A stretch of DNA of 64,000 bases from Candidatus Hadarchaeota archaeon (GTDB lineage Archaea > CAYQAE01 > CAYVLA01). The stretch is from contig CAZUNO010000005.1 of assembly GCA_964621445.1 (NCBI GenBank), forward strand, positions 57,338 through 121,337. The letters are read 5' to 3'. The number at the start of each line of letters is the position of its first letter. Position 1 is the first letter of the stretch. A program made the translations under genes and the position numbers. Positions 28,805-39,207 of the stretch are shown piece after piece. The notes under the pieces are model-generated. The model worked only from the letters and a program-made list of their open reading frames with translations. It was not told where the DNA came from and searched no databases.

Positions 28805-29269
28805 CTATCCTCCACCGATTTCGACGGTTACCTCACTTCTCTCCCCGGACTCCCCAACCACCAAAAATTTCCCGGTCCTGGTCTGTGGACCGAGGGCCGA
28901 ACGATTCAACTCCACTAGCACCTCGTCACGTCCACCGGCCACGGAATCCGATTGGGGATCGAAAAGGAGATAGGAGGCATTGGTCTCGATGGACCACTTT
29001 ATGACCCCGCTCCCGTTATTGGAGATGAAGATGCTGGTTCTGTTCTCGCCTGCCCCAAACCTTATGGTGTCCGGTTCAACCACCAGAATATGTTCAATGG
29101 TATATATCTGGAATGCAACCATGAATGCCAGGAAGATCCAAAAAGCATACCACACGGCCCATTTCTTGGCCGGGACCTTGATCCCAAATTTCCTTATGAA
29201 AATGGGCAAAAGCATGGGTATCAAAAGGGCAGCGAACAATGGGATCAGTTTGGACTCCACAAAACCCAC
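28805..29269 (-). CDS. Membrane protein, 2 TM helices + BACON/Ig-like extracellular domain
   Basis: Two hydrophobic helices then VEP..I.FG.....I.ISNNGSG...W......YL...P pattern. Confidence 0.65.
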   Translation of the reverse strand: MGFVESKLIPLFAALLIPMLLPIFIRKFGIKVPAKKWAVWYAFWIFLAFMVAFQIYTIEHILVVEPDTIRFGAGENRTSIFISNNGSGVIKWSIETNASYLLFDPQSDSVAGGRDEVLVELNRSALGPQTRTGKFLVVGESGERSEVTVEIGGG

Positions 29270-29308
29270 CTCGGCACAATCATTAGAATAGACATCATCT
29301 GCATTCGC

Positions 29309-32050
29309 TCAGGACCCAGCCACTAGATCTCTCGACAAGGAAAGGGCCTCCCTGGGATCACCCTTACTTCCTGCACCTCTACCGAGCTCGGGCGACCCCC
29401 CTCCCCCTCCCTTCATGTGCTCTGCCAGCTTACCGGCAATATCCCCTGCATCGAGCCCCCTATCCTTCCCGCCTTCTCCCAGTGCGACAACGATATCGGT
29501 CCGTTTTCTCCCAGGAACGGTGCCCAGTAAAACCACTACATCTATCTCCGTCGCCAACCGCTCAGCCGCCTTGGCCAATACATCCGGTTTCACATCCTCC
29601 AGAAAGCTGCCCACATACGAGCAGCTCCCCACCGACTCCAGCTCGGACCTCAGACTTTTGGCCACAGCTACGGACAGGGAATCCTGCAAACGCTCGATCT
29701 CCTTTCCACGCTCCTTCCACTCCTGGAAGAACCGTTCCACGGTGTCCGGCAGCTTCTCCTTTTCCACGCTCAATAGATCCGATGCCCGGTTCAGCAGCTC
29801 TCGGTTCCTCTGGAACTCCCTTAGGGCGGCCTTGCCGGCCACATACTCCAGCCTACATATGCCATCCTGTATCCTCTCGCTCCCCAGCAGGGCGAGCAAT
29901 CCACACTCCCCGGTGTTATCCAGGTGAGTTCCACCACAGGCCTCAACATCCACGCCCTCAATATCCACGACCCTTATCCGGTCGCCCGGAGGTGCTCCTC
30001 CCTGATATAGACGGAATCCATATCTCTCCTCCGCCTCTCCCCTGGGCATGAACTCCTTGTGAACGGGTATCCTGTCCCGGATCACCTGGTTGGCGATTTC
30101 CTCCATCTCCTCCAGTTCACCGGGGCTTATCCTCTGGTAGTGGGTCACGTCCAGCCGGGCCCTATCAACGTCCTTGTGGGCACCTGCCTGCCATATATGA
30201 TTACCAAGAACCTCCCTGGCAGCAGCATTAACGATATGTGTGGCGGTGTGATGTATGGTCAGCTGCCTCCTTCGACCCTGCTCGAGTGAGCATTCAACCC
30301 TATCCCCGGCCGCGAAACCCACCTTTTCCAGCTTGTGGACCACTATATCCCCCACCTTATCCACATCCACCACCTTCGATCCCCCCATCAACCCGTGGTC
30401 CGGTTCCTCGCCTCCTGACCTGGGGTAGAAGTAGGTACGGTCAAGGACAACAAGATTCCCGGGAAGTACGCGAAGCACCTCTGCCTCAAATTCGATCCTC
30501 TTATCATCCTCATAAAAACCCAGAATGGTCCCCGGGAGCCCCTCCAACCCCTCGATGCGCTTCTCCTCCTCCTTCTCCTCCGATGACATGTGCTTTTCGG
30601 TGGTTTTTAGGTAGAAGTCCTCGGGTAGAGAGACGCTTTTGCCCTCCTTCCTCGCCGCCTCCTCGATCAGCTCTGGGGTTACCCCCTCCGACTCGTAGAG
30701 CTTGGCTAGCTCCTGGACCTCGAAGCTGGATTTGCGGGATAACAGGGAGTTCACCCGCTTCTTCGCGCGTTGGAGAGCTGCTCTGTACCTCTCCTCCTCG
30801 ACCTCCACCACCCTCAATATCTCGGGTAGACTCTCCAAAAGCTCGGGACTCATCTCCCTCATGCTTCTTGCATATAGCTCTATGACCTCTCCCAATGAGA
30901 AGGGAAATTGGAACTCGTCTATGAAAGAAAGCGCTCTTCTCAGGATAACCCGAAGATTATAGCCCCCGCCCACATTGCTCGGCAGGCCACCATCCACAAT
31001 ACTGAACGCCAGGGACCCCGCATGATCGGCAATGGCATATATGGCCTCAAATGGCCTGATGGAATCGTACAGCAGGGCCGTGGATACCCCTATCTTGTTC
31101 GCAATCTCCGCCCTTCTCCTATTCACATCCGGCATCTCGGTGTAATCCATGGAGGAGGCCAGTCGAGAGTAGCGCATGAACAGTTCTTCATCATAATCCA
31201 GGCCGGACATGGCCTTCATCTCCCCCACGACATCGCCGAAAACAGCTTCGTAACCGGAGGCAGTTCCCTGCGACAGCCAGGAAAACCTCTCCAGACCGGC
31301 GCCCATATCTATAACCGGGTTCTCCATCCGTGAATGGTTATCCGGGGTCCCCACGTACTGGGTGAACACCGCGTTGCCCACCTCGAGACCATCGACGAAA
31401 TACTCCAGAGAGGGACCGAAGGCATTGGGGCCGACCCACACGTCCTCCACCCATACAACTTTTTCCTCCGGTATTCCGAAGGAATTCACCAAAAGCCTCT
31501 GGTCAAGGTCCACGCATCTATCCTTCCAATATCCGTTCTGCCCATCATCTATGGCGTGCTGACCAACCATCACGAAACCCGTGTAGTGCCTACCCGTCAC
31601 TCCTACGTTGGGTATATCAAGGAAGCGAAGGCATCTCTGGGGAACTATCAGGGGATTGGCCGGCATTTCAAAGGAGATATTTCCATATTCCTCCCTGTAG
31701 AAGTCCACGATACTGGCGGCCGTAAAATATAGCGAGGGAAACCAGCGACAAAGCACCGGGTAACGACGTATGCTCTCGTGGCCCTCCTTGACGAAAAACC
31801 TCTCTATATTTCGCCAGGCCTCAAGGTAGCTGTAGGCCCTTTTAGTTGGAGGGTCGCCCAGGAACTCGTAATTTTGACATGTGGAATCGGGGCAGGTGGA
31901 CCTCTCTGGATCCAGGGTCCAGAAGTACCTGCCACAACTGCATCTCCTGCGCTGGAAACCCCTCTCTCGAAAGAGTTCTACCTCGTAATGTCTCTTGGGA
32001 TTGGCGGAGAACCTTTCTCTGAGAAGGTCCTTTTTTTTCAACCGACACAC
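29309..32050 (-). CDS. alaS: Alanine--tRNA ligase (archaeal type)
   Basis: RYPV..RW, ASI.DF, GRHYTGF, DMGAGLER, GGGYNLR, editing HHTATH and CGGTH, C-terminal GGGGG; likely TTG start at 32041. Confidence 0.97.
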   Translation of the reverse strand: MCRLKKKDLLRERFSANPKRHYEVELFRERGFQRRRCSCGRYFWTLDPERSTCPDSTCQNYEFLGDPPTKRAYSYLEAWRNIERFFVKEGHESIRRYPVLCRWFPSLYFTAASIVDFYREEYGNISFEMPANPLIVPQRCLRFLDIPNVGVTGRHYTGFVMVGQHAIDDGQNGYWKDRCVDLDQRLLVNSFGIPEEKVVWVEDVWVGPNAFGPSLEYFVDGLEVGNAVFTQYVGTPDNHSRMENPVIDMGAGLERFSWLSQGTASGYEAVFGDVVGEMKAMSGLDYDEELFMRYSRLASSMDYTEMPDVNRRRAEIANKIGVSTALLYDSIRPFEAIYAIADHAGSLAFSIVDGGLPSNVGGGYNLRVILRRALSFIDEFQFPFSLGEVIELYARSMREMSPELLESLPEILRVVEVEEERYRAALQRAKKRVNSLLSRKSSFEVQELAKLYESEGVTPELIEEAARKEGKSVSLPEDFYLKTTEKHMSSEEKEEEKRIEGLEGLPGTILGFYEDDKRIEFEAEVLRVLPGNLVVLDRTYFYPRSGGEEPDHGLMGGSKVVDVDKVGDIVVHKLEKVGFAAGDRVECSLEQGRRRQLTIHHTATHIVNAAAREVLGNHIWQAGAHKDVDRARLDVTHYQRISPGELEEMEEIANQVIRDRIPVHKEFMPRGEAEERYGFRLYQGGAPPGDRIRVVDIEGVDVEACGGTHLDNTGECGLLALLGSERIQDGICRLEYVAGKAALREFQRNRELLNRASDLLSVEKEKLPDTVERFFQEWKERGKEIERLQDSLSVAVAKSLRSELESVGSCSYVGSFLEDVKPDVLAKAAERLATEIDVVVLLGTVPGRKRTDIVVALGEGGKDRGLDAGDIAGKLAEHMKGGGGGSPELGRGAGSKGDPREALSLSRDLVAGS

Positions 32051-32108
32051 TCCGTGAACTAGCCCAAACCAGGGCCTCTACCGAATTCAACTACCAGATG
32101 GTTCAAAT

Positions 32109-32420
32109 CTAACCAAACAGAGCGCCAAGTCCAGCAAGATCTTCCTCTTCCTCCCCTTCCTCCTCGGCCTCTTCTTCCTCTTCGGCCTCTTCCTCCGGCT
32201 CTTCAGCCGGTCCGGCCTCAGCCGGTGCTGGGGTAGGAGCAACGGCAATCGACTTAGAGATTGCCTCCTCGATGTCAACCCCTTCCAGGGTCGCCACGAG
32301 GGCCTTCACTCTTGCTTCTTCGACTTCCACATCTGCTGATTTCAGTACGGCAGATACAGCTTCCTCGGTAATGTCCTTTCCTGCCGAGTTCAGAAGTAGT
32401 GCCGCGTAGATGTATTGCAT
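32109..32420 (-). CDS. rpl12: 50S ribosomal stalk protein P1 (L12)
   Basis: [11 protein letters not shown]-terminus, acidic hinge, C-terminal AGLGALFG. Confidence 0.97.
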   Translation of the reverse strand: MQYIYAALLLNSAGKDITEEAVSAVLKSADVEVEEARVKALVATLEGVDIEEAISKSIAVAPTPAPAEAGPAEEPEEEAEEEEEAEEEGEEEEDLAGLGALFG

Positions 32421-32443
32421 TTACCTAACACCTCCATTTAGAC

Positions 32444-33463
32444 TCACGCGAAAAGAGCACCCAAACCGGCGCCCTCCTCCTCTTCTTCTTCCGGAGCTTC
32501 ATCCTCTGCCTCTGCCTCTGCTTCTTCTTCCTCTTCCTGTTCGCTTTCCTGTTGCTCCTCCTCCTGGGGAGGAGGGGTGGAGGACAGAAACTCCCTTAGA
32601 TCCTCGCCAACCGCCTCAGGGTTGGAGTTCAAGACAACGCTAGCAAGGGCCAGCATCTCCTGATGACCCATGGACAGTATCTCCCCGGCCGTTTGTTGAG
32701 TAAGCACCCGGGCATTAACCGAAAGCGACCTGGCCTTTGTGTAGCAATCCTGAATCATGGGTACTATGGTCAGATCGGTGTAGTATCCCGCGTTAAATGA
32801 CAGGTTGAAGGCTTGTTGGGCTGCCAAAGACAACTGACCCTTCATCTCCTCCCTGTCCACGTCCAGAACGGACCTGCCAAAAAGCATGCCTTCTTCATAT
32901 ATTACTTTGACATCGAGTCCTATCCTAATGGGATTTATCTCCAGGCGAGACAGTATGTCCGCCTTGGCCTTACTTATGGCCTCACCGGCCTCCACAAATA
33001 GGGTATCTTCAAGTATCACTACCTTTCCTCTCTCTATCCGGGCCGGTATTCCAACCTTCTGAAGCTCGCTGACTATTGGCCCGGGAGGGAATGAGGTCTT
33101 ACCCGATTCGACCCACACGTCCTCGGTGGGCACGTGACCGGGCTTTGCCGGCGCGTTTACCTTGTTTTCCTCTAAATATCTGAAAAGTTTGAAGGGGTTC
33201 ATCCCCGTGAATATAAGCGCAACCTGTCCTTCCAACCTGGGCTCCAGCTGGTCGACCTCCTCACTTTCGCATTTCTCAAATGCCCTGGTTATTAAGGTCT
33301 TTTTGGCAACCTTGATCTCCGCCTGACCTCTCATGTCACGGCGGATGGCCTGGAATTCCTTGGCAGGTATCTCGTGAATTGAGGCCACCCCGATTACCGG
33401 GTACTCATCGGCCAGATTTGCGAGTCTCTCCACCTCAGCTTTCTTCCAGTCCAGGCTCTTCAT
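32444..33463 (-). CDS. rpl10: 50S ribosomal protein uL10 (P0)
   Basis: WKK.EV, NPFKL, APAKPG, T.F.PGP, acidic tail ending AGLGALFA. Confidence 0.97.
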   Translation of the reverse strand: MKSLDWKKAEVERLANLADEYPVIGVASIHEIPAKEFQAIRRDMRGQAEIKVAKKTLITRAFEKCESEEVDQLEPRLEGQVALIFTGMNPFKLFRYLEENKVNAPAKPGHVPTEDVWVESGKTSFPPGPIVSELQKVGIPARIERGKVVILEDTLFVEAGEAISKAKADILSRLEINPIRIGLDVKVIYEEGMLFGRSVLDVDREEMKGQLSLAAQQAFNLSFNAGYYTDLTIVPMIQDCYTKARSLSVNARVLTQQTAGEILSMGHQEMLALASVVLNSNPEAVGEDLREFLSSTPPPQEEEQQESEQEEEEEAEAEAEDEAPEEEEEEGAGLGALFA

Positions 33464-34110
33464 CTTGCCACCTCGACCGGTTTACCCATGGTGGTCTTAA
33501 CCTTGACTGACCTGACGTTCTCGTGACCGCGGGGGAGGTTTCGCTCAACGGCTTCAACGACTGCATTTAGGTTCTGGACCAGGTCCTCGTTGCTCATTTC
33601 CTCTGTCCCTATACAGGAATTGATAATTGGCTGGCTTCTCTGGGTGCGGATGGATATGGTATTTGAAAGCCTGCCCACCACATCATCCAGATCCGCATTG
33701 GGAGCCACCGGCGTGGGCATCTTTCCACGTGGACCCAGAACGCTACCCAGGCTGCGTCCCACCTGGGGCATCATGTTTGTCTGAGCAACGAAGGAATCGT
33801 ACTCATCGGCCAGCTTCTTAACCTCCTTCCTGTCGTCGGAAAGGGATTCCAGATCATCCTTGGTTAATACCTTTAGACCTGCTTCCTTGGCCTGTAGAAC
33901 CAGGTCACCCTCACCTATGATACAGATCTTGGCCTCCCTGCCCATGCCGTTGGGCAGGAATACATCGGCCGATATCCTGTTCTGCTGATCCTTTACGTCG
34001 AATTCCCTCAGATTGATTATGGCATCCACCGACTGCTGGAAATTCCTATCCCCGCTTTTCTCCTTCGCTTCCTCTATTGATTGTTTTGCAGATTCGATGT
34101 CAATTGGCAT
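33460..34110 (-). CDS. rpl1: 50S ribosomal protein uL1
   Basis: RNFQQSVD.IINL, LGPRGKMP, KTTMG. Confidence 0.97.
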   Translation of the reverse strand: MPIDIESAKQSIEEAKEKSGDRNFQQSVDAIINLREFDVKDQQNRISADVFLPNGMGREAKICIIGEGDLVLQAKEAGLKVLTKDDLESLSDDRKEVKKLADEYDSFVAQTNMMPQVGRSLGSVLGPRGKMPTPVAPNADLDDVVGRLSNTISIRTQRSQPIINSCIGTEEMSNEDLVQNLNAVVEAVERNLPRGHENVRSVKVKTTMGKPVEVAR

Positions 34111-34122
34111 GAAAAAACCTCC

Positions 34123-34602
34123 CTATGATAGAAGATCGCTATATTCTCCCTCATCAATCGCTTTCTGTATTTCCTTCGGGTGCTCTCCCTCCACGGTGAC
34201 GCCCATGCTCACGCAGGTTCCTAGGACTTCTTTCACCTTGTCGGCCTTTTCGTAGGACAGCATTGATTCCCCTTTGCCATCGGCTATCTTGACGATCTCC
34301 TCCAGGGAAATGTCCCCTACCGTCTCGCTCCCAGGGTTTTCCGCACCCTTCTCTATCGATGCCCGTTTCTTAATAAGAGCGCTAACGGGCGGAGAGCCGA
34401 TCTCTATCTCGAATTCCTTTGTCTCCGAGTCGGCAATGACCTTTACAGGTACATCCATGCCCGAATAATCCGCCGTTTTCTTATTTATCTCGCCGACTAC
34501 TTCCATTAGATTGAGTCCTAGAGGACCTAGCGCTGGCCCTAGCGGCGGCCCAGGGGTGGCTTTCCCTCCACTTACAAGTATCTCCACGGTTTGTTTCGCC
34601 AT
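34123..34602 (-). CDS. rpl11: 50S ribosomal protein uL11
   Basis: GGKATPGPPLGPALGP, PPVSALI, GTCVSMGV. Confidence 0.97.
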   Translation of the reverse strand: MAKQTVEILVSGGKATPGPPLGPALGPLGLNLMEVVGEINKKTADYSGMDVPVKVIADSETKEFEIEIGSPPVSALIKKRASIEKGAENPGSETVGDISLEEIVKIADGKGESMLSYEKADKVKEVLGTCVSMGVTVEGEHPKEIQKAIDEGEYSDLLS

Positions 34603-34617
34603 TTTTGAAACACCAGC

Positions 34618-35091
34618 CTAATCTTCCTCCGATTCCTCCTTTTCCACTATCCTGAGTGAAGTACCTGGAACCGTCACTGGTATGGGCACCGATGCCTCCA
34701 GAAGCTCCAGGGTAGCCTCCTCCTTACTCTCATCAATTCGGATTATCTTGGCTTTTTCTCCCTTGAAGGGCCCCGAAATAAGCTCCACCTTGTCCCCAAC
34801 ATCGATATCCAGAACAATTGAACGGGGCACAAGCAAATGCTCGATCTCGCTCATATCCACAACCCCGTCAAGAACCCCGCGGATGTGGGGAACACCTCTG
34901 CAAAGGTCTTCCACATTCTTGAGGCTGGGAGATTCTACCATGATGTAACCCTTGAGGGAATCGGAGACCATAACGGAATACACCCCGCTTTCCTCGTCGG
35001 CCTTAGCCTCCAGAATCCTCAGGGAGGTCTTTTCTTGACCCACGGTGGTTCTAATTGCAAACAGTTTCATATCTGCCAAAGAGTCAGCCAC
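34618..35091 (-). CDS. spt5: Transcription elongation factor Spt5 (NusG)
   Basis: TTVGQE NGN domain, KGY..VE, KOW GD.VE..SGPFKGE.A. Confidence 0.96.
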   Translation of the reverse strand: MADSLADMKLFAIRTTVGQEKTSLRILEAKADEESGVYSVMVSDSLKGYIMVESPSLKNVEDLCRGVPHIRGVLDGVVDMSEIEHLLVPRSIVLDIDVGDKVELISGPFKGEKAKIIRIDESKEEATLELLEASVPIPVTVPGTSLRIVEKEESEED

Positions 35092-35105
35092 CCTAAGTTC
35101 CTAGA

Positions 35106-35270
35106 TCATCTCCAGGACTGTAGTGCCAGCCAGATCAGGAAACCTACCAGTCCTATCAGAAATATTCCTAATCCCGTGATCTTTGCAGTCTGCTTGTACT
35201 CGTCACCAGACGGTTTTGTGGCAACGACAAAGACCCTTTTGCACTGTGATAGGAATTTTCTTATTTCCAT
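35106..35270 (-). CDS. secE: Protein translocase subunit SecE (Sec61 gamma); absent from the ORF track
   Basis: Hand translation MEIRKFLSQCKRVFVVATKPSGDEYKQTAKITGLGIFLIGLVGFLIWLALQSWR; canonical position between ftsZ and spt5. Confidence 0.93.
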   Translation of the reverse strand: MEIRKFLSQCKRVFVVATKPSGDEYKQTAKITGLGIFLIGLVGFLIWLALQSWR

Positions 35271-35380
35271 CAATAGGACCTTAATTCCTCGACAGGTCGG
35301 GAACCTGCATAATAAATATTATCGTTTCCATAGAGGAATGTACAACCGGCCTTATGCGCCCTAAAGGGCTGCATTAGGTT

Positions 35381-36529
35381 CTATACGGAGGATATCCCCA
35401 GATCTTCAAGTCTCAGCTTGCCTATATCTTCCTCTTCCTCTTCTTCGCCCAGTTCAAGTTCCGGGCTCTCCTCGGCCGCCTTCCCCACTATATAGGGTGA
35501 ACTTACGCCGGAAATGATCACCAATACCCTCATGGTGCTCTTCAGTTCCTCATCGATCTGAGCTCCCCATATAATCTGGGCATCGGAACTCAGCTTGGCC
35601 GAAACCATCTCCACGACCTTTTCAACTTCCTGAAGTTCGACGTCGGCACCGGCCACTATATTGATCAGGGCACCGGTTGCCCCGCCTATATCTACATCTA
35701 GAAGCGGACTGTTCAGGGCGTCCTCTGCAGCTTCAACCGACCTATTATCGGTATCACTCTCACCGAGGCCTATCATGGCCACTCCGCCATTCCTCATGAC
35801 GGTTCTAACATCGGCGAAGTCCAGGTTAACAAGCCCTGGTTTATTTATCAGCTCGGTTATACCCATAACCGCTCCCATAAGGGTCTCGTCCGATACCTTG
35901 AAGGCCGCATTTATGGGTAGCCCGGGGGCAAGCTCCAGAAGCTTATCATTCGGAATAACTATGACCGTGTCAGAGGCTTCCTTCAATTTCTCGAGTCCAA
36001 GCCTGGCGTTTTGCATCCTTACCTGGCCCTCGACGGTGAAAGGCAAGGTGACAACCGATATGGTAAGCGCCCCTCCTTTCTTGGCCAAATCTGCGCACAC
36101 GGAGGACCCTCCAGTTCCGGTTCCTCCGCCCAGACCACAGGTAACGAAAACCAGGTCGACATCGGTAACCAGGTCCTTTATCTCGGCCTCGCTCTCTCGG
36201 GCAGCCTCCTCTCCAACCGTGGGATCATTACCCGCACCTAGGCCGCCGGTTACTCCACGGCCGAGAAGGACTTTCTTGTGAGCCTGACTGTATAGCAAAT
36301 CCTGGGCATCGGTGTTTAGAGCCGAGACAGTGCATCCACTCACGCCAACTTCCATGAGGCGCTCCACGGTATTGCAGCCTGCTCCACCACAGCCAAGGAC
36401 AACGATTCTGGCCTTGGCTTCTCTGAGTATCTCCTCAAGTTCCTCGTCGATTACCCTCTCAACGCTGTCCGTATCGGCAGATGTTTCATCTTCCTTTATC
36501 TTGTCTAATACGTCCTCGACGCTGCTCAA
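35381..36529 (-). CDS. ftsZ: Cell division protein FtsZ (FtsZ1 type)
   Basis: GCGGAGCN, NTDAQDL, GGGTGTG, NLDFAD; TTG start at 36529 after GGAGGT RBS. Confidence 0.97.
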   Translation of the reverse strand: MSSVEDVLDKIKEDETSADTDSVERVIDEELEEILREAKARIVVLGCGGAGCNTVERLMEVGVSGCTVSALNTDAQDLLYSQAHKKVLLGRGVTGGLGAGNDPTVGEEAARESEAEIKDLVTDVDLVFVTCGLGGGTGTGGSSVCADLAKKGGALTISVVTLPFTVEGQVRMQNARLGLEKLKEASDTVIVIPNDKLLELAPGLPINAAFKVSDETLMGAVMGITELINKPGLVNLDFADVRTVMRNGGVAMIGLGESDTDNRSVEAAEDALNSPLLDVDIGGATGALINIVAGADVELQEVEKVVEMVSAKLSSDAQIIWGAQIDEELKSTMRVLVIISGVSSPYIVGKAAEESPELELGEEEEEEDIGKLRLEDLGISSV

Positions 36530-36703
36530 ATCTACGACCTCCAATAATCATAACCTAATACGCGGTCGACTTCAGGTCTGCCAGTTTTTCTAACTTTTTC
36601 ATTAATATATGTGACGGCACTTCAGGGGCGAAAATCTCAATAAAAAAGCACTTGGATATGTATGGAGAAGTTCAACGGCCCCAAATCACCGTACAATGCC
36701 TGA

Positions 36704-37507
36704 TTAGCCTCCCCTGAGACAATCCCGTAAGCGCCGATATTCCAGACCCCATTCATCAAGGGAACGGATCGCCCCTTCCCTCTGGGAACCGTTCATTCCC
36801 TTCCATTCCATAACCGCCATTTGTGGTCTCGGCCTACTCGCCTCCATTAGCTCCTCAAGAATCCGGTCGTTGAAATCCCCCATTGCATACTTGGCCACTA
36901 TATGAGAGACCGAGTACCTTGTCTCAAGCATGAGCTTTGTGAACCTTCGGGAGTAATGGGGCCCTCCCAGTCCAAGAACCACGATCCCTCCCTCCACCCT
37001 CTTGCCAATAGCCCCCATGATCGAACGGGCAATGACCTCACCCGCATCTTGATCACCCCACCGGTCCGGCCTGCTGCCTATTTCGATGAAGAAGCAGGGG
37101 ACCTGGGTGAAGGGACCGTGGTGCGTGGCCTCCATGGTAATCTCGTAGGGCAGATCTGAACCATATTCGGCTAGATATCGAAGTGCGGCCCCCATGTAGT
37201 GTGGGGCTGAGACCGATGGCTTTCCGGGCATTCCCCCCAGGTCGGCCGACCCGAAATTCCCTGGAGGATGAACCGTGAGACAGGGACGACCCGACTTACT
37301 CTCATGCCTCGAGGCGAATATCGCCATGTCCGGTCGGGGTTCCAGCTGGTCAGGAAATCTTTCAGCGTACACTATCTCCTGCCCGACCGTTTTCACCTGA
37401 ACCTCAAGGGGAAGCGATGCCTCATCAAGCATGGGCTCCAGATGTTTGATTATATTCATTCCCGCCTTATCCCTCTCGGAGGCCACCACCGCAATTCTTC
37501 TAGGCAT
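36704..37507 (-). CDS. dtdA: D-aminoacyl-tRNA deacylase (archaeal DtdA)
   Basis: SRHES, LTVH.PGN, EATHHGP, FIEIGS, GG.HY motifs; conserved position upstream of ftsZ. Confidence 0.93.
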   Translation of the reverse strand: MPRRIAVVASERDKAGMNIIKHLEPMLDEASLPLEVQVKTVGQEIVYAERFPDQLEPRPDMAIFASRHESKSGRPCLTVHPPGNFGSADLGGMPGKPSVSAPHYMGAALRYLAEYGSDLPYEITMEATHHGPFTQVPCFFIEIGSRPDRWGDQDAGEVIARSIMGAIGKRVEGGIVVLGLGGPHYSRRFTKLMLETRYSVSHIVAKYAMGDFNDRILEELMEASRPRPQMAVMEWKGMNGSQREGAIRSLDEWGLEYRRLRDCLRGG

Positions 37508-37617
37508 CCACTAAGCTTGATGAATGGCCAACTTAATAGTTTCGGGGAGAAAAAACCCCCGCGGGCGCAGCCTCTATTTTAATATACTTAAATTGAGTGG
37601 GGTAACCGCTGCAGGGC

Positions 37618-39207
37618 TTGATCCGGTTGAATATGAAAAAGAGGGCACAGATCGCCAAAGGTCTGATTCTTCTTCTCGTAGGAGGCATAATTGGCTTCTA
37701 CCCGGTCCTAAAGTACGGTCAACCGCGGAGCTCTGAATCTTGGTCCCACCTCGAGAACCTGAAAGCGATCCCGGATCCCTTGAGCGCCCTCAACTTTCCA
37801 AGGATGATCGAGCTCTTTGACTACAAACAACACTACGCAAAGTATCCCCTGTTCTACTTTCTTGCCAAGGCGGTTTCGGTGGATTCTCCGTGGGAGGCAG
37901 CGGTTTTTAGCGCCGTCGTTTTTTCTACCCTCCCCCTTCTTTCCTTCCTGGTCGCTAGAAATCAGCTCGATGACCTGGAATCAATGGTCGTGGGGCTCGT
38001 AATAGCCATAACCCCCGCCTTCGTGTACACCACCAACTTCTTTTCGGGTGGAGAGCCCCTTGCTCTGGCCCTTTTCCTGCTGGGGCTGTACCTTCATCTG
38101 GAACGGCGGTCGCTATTAGCCCTCCCGGTATTCGTCTCGGTGGTATTTCTTCATCCGGTCACCGCGGTTTTCCTTTGGTTGTTCCTGCTGGTTTTCCCGC
38201 TGCTGGATGGGGAACAGGTGGATACCGGGAAAAACCTGATGTTTACAGGGACCTATTCCGCTATATTCCTGGCCTGGGTCATGGCCCAGATCTCATGGGG
38301 GCTCCCCCTCGGTAGCTACGTCACATCCAGCATTTCCCCGAGCATTATGGTTCTCGCCTTCATCTCCATAACCCTGCTTGGAGTCCTACCCCTCCTGCTT
38401 ATGGGCCGGGGACAATCCCGAATTATACCGAAAATAAGGAAGGCTTCCGAGGTTCTGGGCGCGAATTTGCCCAGGATAATCGTCATCATGGAACTCGCTT
38501 TGCTCATAGTTTTCCTTTCTTTCGGCATCCCAGGAACGGAAAAGGAGCTCGAACCGGTTCATTTGGTCTTCTATTCCCCCCTCCTCCTGGCCATCGCTCT
38601 GCCTCTGGCCAACGGTAAACGCGTCCCCCCCTTCACACTGGCGCTAGCCGGGTGCTTCCTATTGCTTCTGGCCTCCGGATTGACGATAACTCCCAGGGGA
38701 GTTCCCGTGTACCGCCTTGCTCCCTACGGGGCTCTTACCCTGGCATTCCTCATCGCTCCTCTTGTCCGTGCGCGGCGCCTCAGGTGGTCGTTACCCATAT
38801 TACTTGCCGGGCTTGCGGCAACCACGTATCCGGGTCCGGAATTCTATTTCGGTTTTGATGAGCAGTACTACCCGGCAGAGATCGATGCAGTGAGCTCTCT
38901 GGAGGAGTTCTCCCTGAACGGAGAAATCCTCACTGATACCAGGATGGAGGACCTAGTGGGTTTCAAAACCGGTAAGCCGGTAACCGCCCATGGTGGGCAG
39001 CCGGTGATAATGGAGGTAAATGACCTGGCTCTCACCACCAGAAATATGATGGTTCATGGGCTTTACCCACCCGGTTCCCAATGGTATCGCCGACCTTTCA
39101 GGCTAGACCTCTCGAAACTTGAATCAGATTCCCTCAGGATCTATGACAATGGTTGGTCAAGAATCAATATTGCCGCCGGGAGCGAGATCCCGTTGAGGGT
39201 TGAATGA
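37618..39207 (+). CDS. Polytopic membrane protein, GT-C (ArnT/PMT)-like glycosyltransferase candidate
   Basis: More than ten hydrophobic segments; acidic first loop, YPLF motif, HP.T, soluble C-terminal domain ending IYDNG. Confidence 0.55.
   Translation: MIRLNMKKRAQIAKGLILLLVGGIIGFYPVLKYGQPRSSESWSHLENLKAIPDPLSALNFPRMIELFDYKQHYAKYPLFYFLAKAVSVDSPWEAAVFSAVVFSTLPLLSFLVARNQLDDLESMVVGLVIAITPAFVYTTNFFSGGEPLALALFLLGLYLHLERRSLLALPVFVSVVFLHPVTAVFLWLFLLVFPLLDGEQVDTGKNLMFTGTYSAIFLAWVMAQISWGLPLGSYVTSSISPSIMVLAFISITLLGVLPLLLMGRGQSRIIPKIRKASEVLGANLPRIIVIMELALLIVFLSFGIPGTEKELEPVHLVFYSPLLLAIALPLANGKRVPPFTLALAGCFLLLLASGLTITPRGVPVYRLAPYGALTLAFLIAPLVRARRLRWSLPILLAGLAATTYPGPEFYFGFDEQYYPAEIDAVSSLEEFSLNGEILTDTRMEDLVGFKTGKPVTAHGGQPVIMEVNDLALTTRNMMVHGLYPPGSQWYRRPFRLDLSKLESDSLRIYDNGWSRINIAAGSEIPLRVE

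Noticed and set aside
32100-32110. tRNA T-loop-like GGTTCAAATC
   Set aside because: No T-stem, acceptor stem or cloverleaf; it abuts the rpl12 stop codon.
32109-32580. GAR-rich repeats at the ends of rpl12 and rpl10
   Set aside because: These encode the well-known acidic hinge and shared GLGALF tails of stalk proteins.
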